Below are positions 56,489 to 64,000 of a stretch of DNA of 64,000 nucleotides, piece after piece. How positions within the stretch are numbered: position 1 is the stretch's first letter; every line of letters starts with the position of its first letter. Origin of the DNA: a virus. Its lineage: Duplodnaviria > Caudoviricetes. The DNA lies in IMG/VR virus record IMGVR_UViG_3300011008_000999; one strand, written 5' to 3'. The notes beneath the pieces are model-generated. The model worked only from the letters and a program-made list of their open reading frames with translations, searched no databases and was not told where the DNA came from. Made by a program: the position numbers and the translations under genes.

Positions 56489-56677
56489 CTAATAATTGGC
56501 TTCTTTTCTAGATAGTTCTAATTCATTAGCAACTTCATCAAAGTCACCTGAATCTTCTGGAGAAGGTGTCATTCCAAGATAAAAAGCTTTCATAGTGGCA
56601 CTTAATCCAGCTTTCTTACATGTAGATTTTCCAACATTATCAACAAAGTCTTTTATATCTTTTTCTAAGTTACCCAT
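56489..56677 (-). CDS. hypothetical protein
   Basis: ORF with RBS. Confidence 0.6.
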   Translation of the reverse strand: MGNLEKDIKDFVDNVGKSTCKKAGLSATMKAFYLGMTPSPEDSGDFDEVANELELSRKEANY

Positions 56678-56688
56678 GATATTTCTCC

Positions 56689-57045
56689 TTATCTACTTAG
56701 TTTATCTGATAATTCTCCAGTATCAAATCTATCATGAATGCTATAATGTCCTTCATCTCGCCCATCATAACAAGGATAGCAATATGATCCATTTTTCATA
56801 AATTCAAGAAGCTCAGCAGTGTATACAGGTCCATAATAAGGTGGATAAATAGGATTTGGTCTAATATACTTAACAAAAGTAATTTTCTTAGTTTCAGAAG
56901 TTCCTATACCATAGAAATATGCGTCAGCTTCAAATGTATCATCTTCAATAGGAAGTTCTTTATAGTCTCTTTCTTTCCAGTTGGTTTCTTCCCAGATTTT
57001 CTTTTCTCTATCTGACCAATAACCTTCAAATTCTGGTTTCCACAT
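56689..57045 (-). CDS. hypothetical protein
   Basis: ORF with RBS. Confidence 0.7.
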   Translation of the reverse strand: MWKPEFEGYWSDREKKIWEETNWKERDYKELPIEDDTFEADAYFYGIGTSETKKITFVKYIRPNPIYPPYYGPVYTAELLEFMKNGSYCYPCYDGRDEGHYSIHDRFDTGELSDKLSR

Positions 57046-57066
57046 ATCAGACTTCCTCCTTATATT

Positions 57067-57261
57067 TTATCTATTTCTACTTGCAGAATATCTACCACAT
57101 TCAAATTCTGTTCTGATATAATCGCTAGAATCTAAGACTATATCTTCACTATCATATTGTTCCTGTACAATATCAATTGCTTGATATTCATTTTCTGCTT
57201 CAGCTTCATCAATAAGAACTTCTCTTTCAAGAATTTCTCTAACAATTACTTTATATTTCAT
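57067..57261 (-). CDS. small DpnD/PcfM-like protein
   Basis: YKVIVREILER.V...AENE..A...V..QY.SEDIVLDSSD. Confidence 0.6.
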   Translation of the reverse strand: MKYKVIVREILEREVLIDEAEAENEYQAIDIVQEQYDSEDIVLDSSDYIRTEFECGRYSASRNR

Positions 57262-57263
57262 GA

Positions 57264-57728
57264 TTATTTCTCCTTCTTATATTTTCCAGACATAAGATCT
57301 TTTTCAATTTTGTCTAATTTATTTGAGAATTGCTCATGTACATCAGGTGTATATTTAATAATCTGATCTATCATACTTTTAAGTTCTTCTTCAACTTCTT
57401 CTACTGTCCATACATGACCTGAAGTTCTACTAATAGAACTTTCGGTAGATCTTAAACCAAAATATCTTTTGATACCTTCAAGATCTATTGCGTCCATAGG
57501 AAAATGAGCACAACTAAATCCAACTAACCAATCATCTGATGAAAATCCAGGTTTAGAATGGCCTGTAAAATTTACTCCACCATGGCACTTAATAAAATTA
57601 AAAGTCTTCTCATCTTTTTCAAAGAATGGATGGTTTTCAGGTATTCCAACATAGCCACATCTATGTCCATCAGGCTCAAATGTAATAGCCCATTCATATC
57701 CTCTATAAGAACCATGTCTTTCTACCAT
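57264..57728 (-). CDS. phage-type hypothetical protein
   Basis: GHRCGYVGIP..HP..CHGGVNF..W.VGFSCAH. Confidence 0.7.
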   Translation of the reverse strand: MVERHGSYRGYEWAITFEPDGHRCGYVGIPENHPFFEKDEKTFNFIKCHGGVNFTGHSKPGFSSDDWLVGFSCAHFPMDAIDLEGIKRYFGLRSTESSISRTSGHVWTVEEVEEELKSMIDQIIKYTPDVHEQFSNKLDKIEKDLMSGKYKKEK

Positions 57729-57740
57729 AATGACACCTCC

Positions 57741-58214
57741 TTATAAATCTAATGAATGTACATATACACTATAATATGGAGTATTTTCAAGTTTAGTATC
57801 TACGATCCTACATACTCTACCGTCTACTCTAATAGTATCATTGCAATTACCATAAGCAACTAAAGTCTCATTAGGAAATGGACAATAATCTTCAAACTTA
57901 GAAGGTTTAGTGATAATAGGTCTTCCACCAGTATGTTTGCAAAGCTCATCAATTCTATTACCTAAAAGAACACATACATCATCACAAAGAGCTTTAAACT
58001 CTCTACGATTACATTCAAATTCTGCAGCATTTTCAGATAACCATCCAAAATCATACTGTTTTTCAGTTAATGTTTTTATACTATTAACGCAAGTATCAAA
58101 TTCTTCTTTTGTATCTACAAATGACTTAGAAGTTGCATTTAAGTAATGCTGAAATAATTCAAATGAAGTATCATCATAACTACTAAGTTTTGTAAGTAGA
58201 ACTGCTTTATCCAT
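57741..58214 (-). CDS. hypothetical protein
   Basis: ORF with RBS. Confidence 0.7.
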   Translation of the reverse strand: MDKAVLLTKLSSYDDTSFELFQHYLNATSKSFVDTKEEFDTCVNSIKTLTEKQYDFGWLSENAAEFECNRREFKALCDDVCVLLGNRIDELCKHTGGRPIITKPSKFEDYCPFPNETLVAYGNCNDTIRVDGRVCRIVDTKLENTPYYSVYVHSLDL

Positions 58215-58229
58215 ATGATCCTCCTTATA

Positions 58230-58297
58230 TAAACAATATGTCTAGCCTATTTCTAGACTAGACATTTTTCACTTCCACTATTATTATTAAATAGTCA
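58230..58297 (-). repeat. dispersed promoter-hairpin unit
   Basis: CTATTTAATAATAATAGTGGAAGTGAAAAATGTCTAGTCTAGAAATAGGCTAGACAT. Confidence 0.75.
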
Positions 58298-58633
58298 TTG
58301 ATTGTACTTTCCTAATGGTCTACTAAATACACCATCAAGTTCAGGCAATCTAGTTATTTTAGGTAAGAATTTTTCACTAGTGACATAAAATTTAAGATTT
58401 GGAAAGGCATGCTCACATTTCTCGCAATAATCTGCATATTCATCATGTGTGTCTAACTCAATACCTTTCTCAAGTAAAGGACTTACATTGAGTTGTCCAT
58501 TCTCAAGCCATCTAACAATTTCACAATCATTAGTATCAGGATCAGTACAAACGATATATAATTTTTCATTCAGACGTCTCTGTCCATAAGGTTTTTCCAT
58601 TTCTCTGTCATATTCATGTCGCCAACTCATCAT
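58295..58633 (-). CDS. hypothetical protein
   Basis: ORF with RBS. Confidence 0.65.
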   Translation of the reverse strand: MMSWRHEYDREMEKPYGQRRLNEKLYIVCTDPDTNDCEIVRWLENGQLNVSPLLEKGIELDTHDEYADYCEKCEHAFPNLKFYVTSEKFLPKITRLPELDGVFSRPLGKYNQ

Positions 58634-58634
58634 G

Positions 58635-59381
58635 TTATTCTTCTACCTCGTATCTACCATATCCAACTACATGCGCATATTTGTAATCATCACTAATTAC
58701 TATTCCGTAGTCTTTACCTTTTGCATGTACAATTTGTCCATCTCCAAGATAAATTGCTACGTGTGAAATATCAGAGACGCTCGATCCATAGAAGACTAAA
58801 TCACCTTTTTGCAGTTCTTCTTCAGTAATATGTTTAGAAGCAAAGTACTGACAATCAGCTGTTCTCGGAGTTTCAATTCCATATTCTCCAAAAAGTGTTT
58901 GAACGAATCCAGAACAGTCTGCACCATTAGTGAGTGATGTACCACCCCATACATAAGGATTACCTACAAATTCACATGCATAATCAGCAATTTCTTCTTG
59001 TATAGTAGTCTGTCTAGCAATAAGATCACATGAAGGTTTAAGTCTTACCTCTGATGTTCCATTGTGCATTACTTTCGAATAAGCGAATTCTTTGGATTCA
59101 ACTGCAATGACTTCACCTGCTTCTACATGCTGATTATTGACTACTTTTACTTCATCGAGCTTGGAGTAAGATGAAACAATTGGAGCATTGTCATAAGTAA
59201 TTGTAATTATTCCTTGATTACTCACAGACACCACACCATCTGCATCAGCTAATACTTCAGTCTCTTCTTCGCTACACTCAATCAGTATTAAATTTTCGTC
59301 CGTTGCTGCATAAGCAGTCACTGGCATTATCATAGTCGTAGCGAGTCCAATGAAAGCCAGTGTAGTAACTATCTTCTTCAA
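58635..59381 (-). CDS. secreted NlpC/P60 peptidoglycan endopeptidase
   Basis: Signal peptide; GNPYVWGG..GADCSGFV; GDLVFY; SHVAIY; VHA. Confidence 0.92.
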   Translation of the reverse strand: MKKIVTTLAFIGLATTMIMPVTAYAATDENLILIECSEEETEVLADADGVVSVSNQGIITITYDNAPIVSSYSKLDEVKVVNNQHVEAGEVIAVESKEFAYSKVMHNGTSEVRLKPSCDLIARQTTIQEEIADYACEFVGNPYVWGGTSLTNGADCSGFVQTLFGEYGIETPRTADCQYFASKHITEEELQKGDLVFYGSSVSDISHVAIYLGDGQIVHAKGKDYGIVISDDYKYAHVVGYGRYEVEE

Positions 59382-59473
59382 TAGTCATAATTTCCTTTCA
59401 CTTTTATTTCTTAACCTACAATAAAAACCGTCCCCAGAAATAATCTAGGGACTGCATTATGTAAGATTAAGTC

Positions 59474-60226
59474 TTATCGTAAAGATTTTATATACTCTTC
59501 TGCATTAGAAGACGTAATATAGTTGATAAGTCCTTTGTAAAATCCTTCAAGTTCAGAGTCATCAGTAATGATTTCTCCACACTTTTTATTATCGATCTTA
59601 CAAATAACTTTCTCTACCTTTCCAACTTCAGGTACCTTTGGAATACCAAGTTCTGAATAGATCTTAGCTTTAACACCTTTATGTACATCAGCAAACTGCT
59701 CTTTTGAGTATAAAGACTCTTCCATAGGAAGTAAATTATACTTAGAACCACCAGACTTATAAAGTGCATATAATTGTCTAGCTGCATTATATACCTGAAT
59801 AGTGCTAATTAAGTTAGGCGTAATGAAAGGTGTATAGCTATCAAAATATCTAGCTTCACCTGGTCCACCAAGTTTAACTCTTTTACCTTTGCTAATAAAT
59901 TCATCAGGATGTTCAGCTTTGTATTCTTTCCATCTCTTACTGAATTCTTTCATTTCTTCAGCATACTTAACCTCTAACTTCTTGTAAGTCTCTTTCTCTG
60001 TCCAAACATCTTTTACTTCCTGGACATTCTCTGAATGATAGAGCTTTTCTTCGTCAAGCAAGAAGATTCTCTGTTTGAAGTAATCTTCTGCATCTCTTGC
60101 GATATTTCTAATCATAAGAGGTGTTAATGAGTAGGTACCGTCTCCATTATCCTGGAAGTAGTTAGGATTAATGAATTTTCCGGTGATTGTCATAGGCTGA
60201 TAAAGTTGTTCAATAATTTTGCCCAT
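59474..60226 (-). CDS. hypothetical protein, paralog of 42820-43956
   Basis: Shared N-terminal motifs. Confidence 0.8.
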   Translation of the reverse strand: MGKIIEQLYQPMTITGKFINPNYFQDNGDGTYSLTPLMIRNIARDAEDYFKQRIFLLDEEKLYHSENVQEVKDVWTEKETYKKLEVKYAEEMKEFSKRWKEYKAEHPDEFISKGKRVKLGGPGEARYFDSYTPFITPNLISTIQVYNAARQLYALYKSGGSKYNLLPMEESLYSKEQFADVHKGVKAKIYSELGIPKVPEVGKVEKVICKIDNKKCGEIITDDSELEGFYKGLINYITSSNAEEYIKSLR

Positions 60227-60290
60227 AGTTTTTCTCCTTTGAGATAATATATTTATAAAGCCTTATGGCTCTATAGTCACGCTTTAAGCA

Positions 60291-60629
60291 TTAATAAAGA
60301 TCTAATGTCTTTGGAACTCTCTGATTACAGAATGCAAATGGCATAAATGCAATTTCCCAATTTCCAGCACCACTTGGAAGATGATCATTTTTGTTTAACT
60401 CATCAGCAATATTCTGTGGTGTTCCATAAATATAGTACTTCTGCTCTTCATTTAGAGATGGTGAGAATGTAAAGTCTCCTCCGCTTACAACACCTTTAAT
60501 AGTATCAGAAGTATCAACTATAATAAGTGTTCTACAACCATATTTATCAGCAAACCAGTCTAATGCACGACCTAGTTCCGATTCATCTCTAAATTCAAAA
60601 ATTTTAGTATTCTGAATTACTCCAATCAT
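60291..60629 (-). CDS. hypothetical protein
   Basis: RBS before MIGV. Confidence 0.65.
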   Translation of the reverse strand: MIGVIQNTKIFEFRDESELGRALDWFADKYGCRTLIIVDTSDTIKGVVSGGDFTFSPSLNEEQKYYIYGTPQNIADELNKNDHLPSGAGNWEIAFMPFAFCNQRVPKTLDLY

Positions 60630-60649
60630 CTTATTTACCTCCTTAACCA

Positions 60650-60720
60650 AACAAAATGATTAGCCTACAACAAGTATACTAATCATTTTGCTCGTCCATT
60701 CTTATATATATAAATAGCTC
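60650..60720 (-). repeat. dispersed promoter-hairpin unit
   Basis: CTATTTATATATAAGAATGGACGAGCAAAATGATTAG...CTAATCATTTTG. Confidence 0.7.
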
Positions 60721-60724
60721 TTTA

Positions 60725-61234
60725 CTATTTCTCAACCTCATAATCCTGCTGAAGAATGGAAATAGATAATTCAACATCATTTAAGATAGATTGGTTTATA
60801 AGTAATAACTTTTGTTCAATTCTAGTCTTAATTGCATCTAATCCTACTGAGTCATCACGTACTTTTATTGGATTAAGTTCTACTACTTCAACTGAATCAT
60901 TTGCTAAAATTGGTTCACCACTAAGTTCACCTAAAGATTTTCTACCAACTCTCATTATTTCTACAAAATCTTTAGTTGAAATAATAATATTACTGTAAAT
61001 ATTAGCCTTAACTTCATAAGTACCAATTATATTACCTTCAGTATGTGCAACTTTAGCTGAATAGTAGTTAATTATAACTTTTATTGTAGTATTAGCTGCG
61101 TTAGTATCGAGGCTTACAGGAACAATCTGTAAATCAAATGGTGTACCATCATTCATGCCAGATATATCAGAAAATTCAATACTAGCTATTGTTTTCTCTT
61201 TTACTTTTGCTTTTACTTCATTATTATTTGACAT
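60725..61234 (-). CDS. hypothetical protein
   Basis: ORF with RBS. Confidence 0.7.
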   Translation of the reverse strand: MSNNNEVKAKVKEKTIASIEFSDISGMNDGTPFDLQIVPVSLDTNAANTTIKVIINYYSAKVAHTEGNIIGTYEVKANIYSNIIISTKDFVEIMRVGRKSLGELSGEPILANDSVEVVELNPIKVRDDSVGLDAIKTRIEQKLLLINQSILNDVELSISILQQDYEVEK

Positions 61235-61238
61235 AGCT

Positions 61239-61760
61239 TTACTCCTTCATAATTTGATCTATTAACTTATCTACATCTGGATCTTCAAATGTAATTTTAG
61301 TTGTTTTAACTTCAGGTAATTCATTAAACTTTCCAGTAGTAAAATCAAATATTGAAGCTAACATTTTACTATTATCTACACTATAAGCTCCAGGAAATTC
61401 ATCAAAATAATAAACAGTTGCACCTACTTGATTAACCTCTTCCACAAAATTATTTACAATATTTGTAAACCATCCTCTAAATTCAGAATCAGACTCAAAT
61501 AATGTAAGTACTTTATTTAAAGGCTGTTCATTATAATCAGAATCATATAATTCTACATTAAGAGTAACTGTATCAGAATAACTTGTTAGTCTTTTTAAGA
61601 ATAAAAACATCTCATAACCAGAATCTTTAATAGGAAATTGTCTATGCACATCATCGCTGATTAATTGTTTTAATATAGATTCCATATCATAATACTTATA
61701 ACCATTTCCTATTGCTTTGAGATTATGATGAAGTACTATTCGTTTCATATAGTCATGCAT
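61239..61760 (-). CDS. hypothetical protein
   Basis: ORF with RBS. Confidence 0.7.
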   Translation of the reverse strand: MHDYMKRIVLHHNLKAIGNGYKYYDMESILKQLISDDVHRQFPIKDSGYEMFLFLKRLTSYSDTVTLNVELYDSDYNEQPLNKVLTLFESDSEFRGWFTNIVNNFVEEVNQVGATVYYFDEFPGAYSVDNSKMLASIFDFTTGKFNELPEVKTTKITFEDPDVDKLIDQIMKE

Positions 61761-61771
61761 AGCAACCCTCC

Positions 61772-61993
61772 TTATACTCTATCAGCATCTTCTAACGATT
61801 TATATGCAGCAGATACTGAACCACTATTCACTCTAAAATAAAAAGTGCCATCAGGAAAATCGCACTGTATAAGCACATTACATTTATCCTGACATGCACC
61901 TAATACAATAGGTGTAAATTCTGGATAGACTTTTCTAAAAGATTTTTTACAATCTGCTACTAAATCTTCATCTAAGTATTCTATACCATACAT
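61772..61993 (-). CDS. hypothetical protein
   Basis: ORF with RBS. Confidence 0.6.
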   Translation of the reverse strand: MYGIEYLDEDLVADCKKSFRKVYPEFTPIVLGACQDKCNVLIQCDFPDGTFYFRVNSGSVSAAYKSLEDADRV

Positions 61994-61995
61994 AT

Positions 61996-62550
61996 TTATT
62001 TCTCCTCTAATTGTCCTAAGTTATAGTGTAACCTACAAAGTGAAGTATAACTTTCATTACCACCTAATTGTACCTGTTCACCAGTCTTAATTATATGACC
62101 GTCTATTACTCGTGCATTAAATCGAGCTTTCTTACCACACCAACAAATAGTAGTAATTTCCTGAATATCATCAGCCACTTCAATTAATCTTTTAGATCCT
62201 TCAAATAAATGACCTTGAAAATCAGTTTTAAGACCAAAAGCAATTATAGGAATATCGTCGTTATCAGCAATTCTAACAAACTCATCAACTTGTTTAGTAG
62301 TTAAGAATTGAGCTTCATCAATAAGAATACAATCACAATTCTTTATATTAGTTAAATAGTCTTCTACAAACATACATTCTGCTTCAAGACCTATTCTTGA
62401 TTTGATCTTACATACTCCGTCTCGATTTTCCATCTTTGGTTTAAGTACAATTGCTTTCTTACCTTTTTCTTCAAAGTTATATCTGATCATAAGCATATTA
62501 GCAGTTTTAGAACTACCCATAGCTCCGTATCTAAAGCTTATTTTAGCCAT
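61996..62550 (-). CDS. tdk: thymidine kinase
   Basis: YGAMGSSKT; IDEAQFL; FGLKTDF..LFEGS; CWCG; YTSLCR. Confidence 0.95.
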   Translation of the reverse strand: MAKISFRYGAMGSSKTANMLMIRYNFEEKGKKAIVLKPKMENRDGVCKIKSRIGLEAECMFVEDYLTNIKNCDCILIDEAQFLTTKQVDEFVRIADNDDIPIIAFGLKTDFQGHLFEGSKRLIEVADDIQEITTICWCGKKARFNARVIDGHIIKTGEQVQLGGNESYTSLCRLHYNLGQLEEK

Positions 62551-62642
62551 TATTTTAATTTCCTTTCAATTATATATATTTTATTTATTATATACATAAA
62601 GTGTCCCAGATTGTCTCCTGGAATATCTGGTAGTTATTCTGG

Positions 62643-63842
62643 TTATACAGTTTTATTAAGTAACTCCTGTATTTCTTCAAATGAGATATTTCCACTATTA
62701 TCTCTATGAGGAATCTGAGCTATCTTACTACGTCCTTTGAATAAGTAAAGTCTATTATCTTTAATAGCTTCTTCACCATATTCTTCTTCAAAACGATTTA
62801 AAGCCATAGGTTCATAAACTCTACTAATATTTCCAAGTTTAACCTTATCTACATAAAGGTCGTTCTTATTAACAATCTTCTCTTCATTATCAAGATCTTC
62901 ATCATCTACATCATCGTCTTCATGTCTAGCAACTTTAGCATTATAAGTATAGAGTAAACTCATAGCATCAAAGTTCTCGTATTTAAGAAGATGCATAAGT
63001 GAGTAGTCGCCCATAATCTTATATAAATGTTTTTCTTCATCATGGTAAACAATACCATTCTTAAGCATAATTTCAGTAAAATTAGGAAGACTTCTAAGAG
63101 ATACTGTTCTATGAAGATTTACTGATCCATCTCCACCAGCATTATTGGTAGTATGGAATTTAGACACAAAAATATCATCTGGATCTAACTGAGTATCACA
63201 TAAGTATTCATCTACAATAACATCTCTAAGCTCAACAGGATCAGAATCTTTATTTGATACATGAAGCCTATCTTCATATACAATAAACTTCTTAACTACA
63301 TGAAGTTTAAATGTATTCTCATTATTACGACGATCTTCTAAAGGCGTATTATCTACAAATTCTTTAAGATCTTTGAGACATTTATGGTTATCTCTTACAT
63401 TGATTACTGTATTAAATGTAGGTAAGAAAATATCATTTCCACCATACTTAACTAGACCAGCATCTAAGATCTTAATATGTTTAGCATGAAGATACTCATA
63501 TACTTCAGGATTATATCTATAAAGATGTCTTTCTACTGCAGTATCGAATCCATCATGACAATCATCTTGGATTTCAATATTTTCACAATATTTATCAAGT
63601 TCTTCGCCGGTAAACTCATTAAGTTCTCTATAAAGACGTCTATCACCAACAATCTTAGCGCAGATCATATATTGAACAGCAGTCTCAATATGTTTAATAT
63701 TCTGTACATTAGTGCGTTTATGTTCTACAAATCGTCTAGCAATAAGTTGAATATTAGATACTTTAGCATAATCTGCATTGAATGACTGATCTGGATGATC
63801 TAGTCTAAGCTCTCTAGCTCTTGCTATAATATCACTCGGCAT
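62643..63842 (-). CDS. hypothetical protein
   Basis: 399-aa ORF with RBS. Confidence 0.8.
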   Translation of the reverse strand: MPSDIIARARELRLDHPDQSFNADYAKVSNIQLIARRFVEHKRTNVQNIKHIETAVQYMICAKIVGDRRLYRELNEFTGEELDKYCENIEIQDDCHDGFDTAVERHLYRYNPEVYEYLHAKHIKILDAGLVKYGGNDIFLPTFNTVINVRDNHKCLKDLKEFVDNTPLEDRRNNENTFKLHVVKKFIVYEDRLHVSNKDSDPVELRDVIVDEYLCDTQLDPDDIFVSKFHTTNNAGGDGSVNLHRTVSLRSLPNFTEIMLKNGIVYHDEEKHLYKIMGDYSLMHLLKYENFDAMSLLYTYNAKVARHEDDDVDDEDLDNEEKIVNKNDLYVDKVKLGNISRVYEPMALNRFEEEYGEEAIKDNRLYLFKGRSKIAQIPHRDNSGNISFEEIQELLNKTV

Positions 63843-64000
63843 GACTAGTTACCTCCTTATAAATCATGTTCTTTTGCAATATACTCTAAATTCTCAATAA
63901 GTTCATCTGTAGAAAATCCAGGTCTTAAAGTATTCCACATTTCAGCTGGACTTACAAGATCCTCCATTTTATCCGCTATATCATCTATAGCAGAACGATC

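Noticed and set aside
11990-60720. CRISPR array
   Set aside because: The hairpin repeats are dispersed and divergent, not regularly spaced direct repeats; no cas genes are present.
2423-63785. Plus-strand ORFs (e.g. 2452-3051, 3214-4077, 43558-43935) and nested alternative-frame minus ORFs
   Set aside because: They are shadows of real minus-strand genes, with no RBS or recognisable motifs.
1-64000. tRNA/rRNA genes, RT, DGR or retron, and virion structural genes
   Set aside because: No cloverleaf, YxDD RT or structural motifs were recognised by eye; tRNAscan and HMM searches were not run.

Overview
AT-rich 64-kb stretch with essentially all genes on the minus strand. Genes are tightly packed, short and carry strong GGAGG RBSs. 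It looks like the accessory region of a jumbo phage or giant extrachromosomal element of a Clostridia-like host. No capsid, tail or replicase gene is visible, so phage versus giant plasmid is unresolved. Recognisable genes: PurA-like, vWA, VirB4/HerA-like ATPase, HNH, ADP-ribosylglycohydrolase, RuvC, PhoH, ClpP-like, PNK-like kinase plus 2H phosphoesterase, radical SAM, metallophosphoesterase, PilZ, NlpC/P60, thymidine kinase, and five related Zn-finger/Vsr-like homing-endonuclease genes. Main finding: an FtsK-like ATPase is broken into at least four genes, of which three lie here scattered and out of order (49.2, 14.0 and 26.3 kb). One junction appears to be rejoined by a natural THREE-PIECE class 3 split intein: a 12-aa Pro-start IntN tail (13.7 kb), a stand-alone 118-aa intein core gene (55.4-55.8 kb) and a short THN|C IntC head (26.3 kb). 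The class 3 W-C-T triad is distributed across the core and IntC pieces. A second micro-IntC (ISHN|S) sits at the Walker A junction. Both IntC-bearing genes contain an in-frame ATT-TAG...ATY coding gap that resembles programmed ribosomal hopping. Also present: an ORF-less group II intron in the VirB4-like ATPase, vestigial N-terminal gene stubs upstream of the endonucleases, dispersed promoter-hairpin units (one apparently filled with a gene between GTAAGA direct repeats), and a seven-member FETNSSS-tag family associated with radical SAM genes. All family assignments are from motif recognition; no database search was run.
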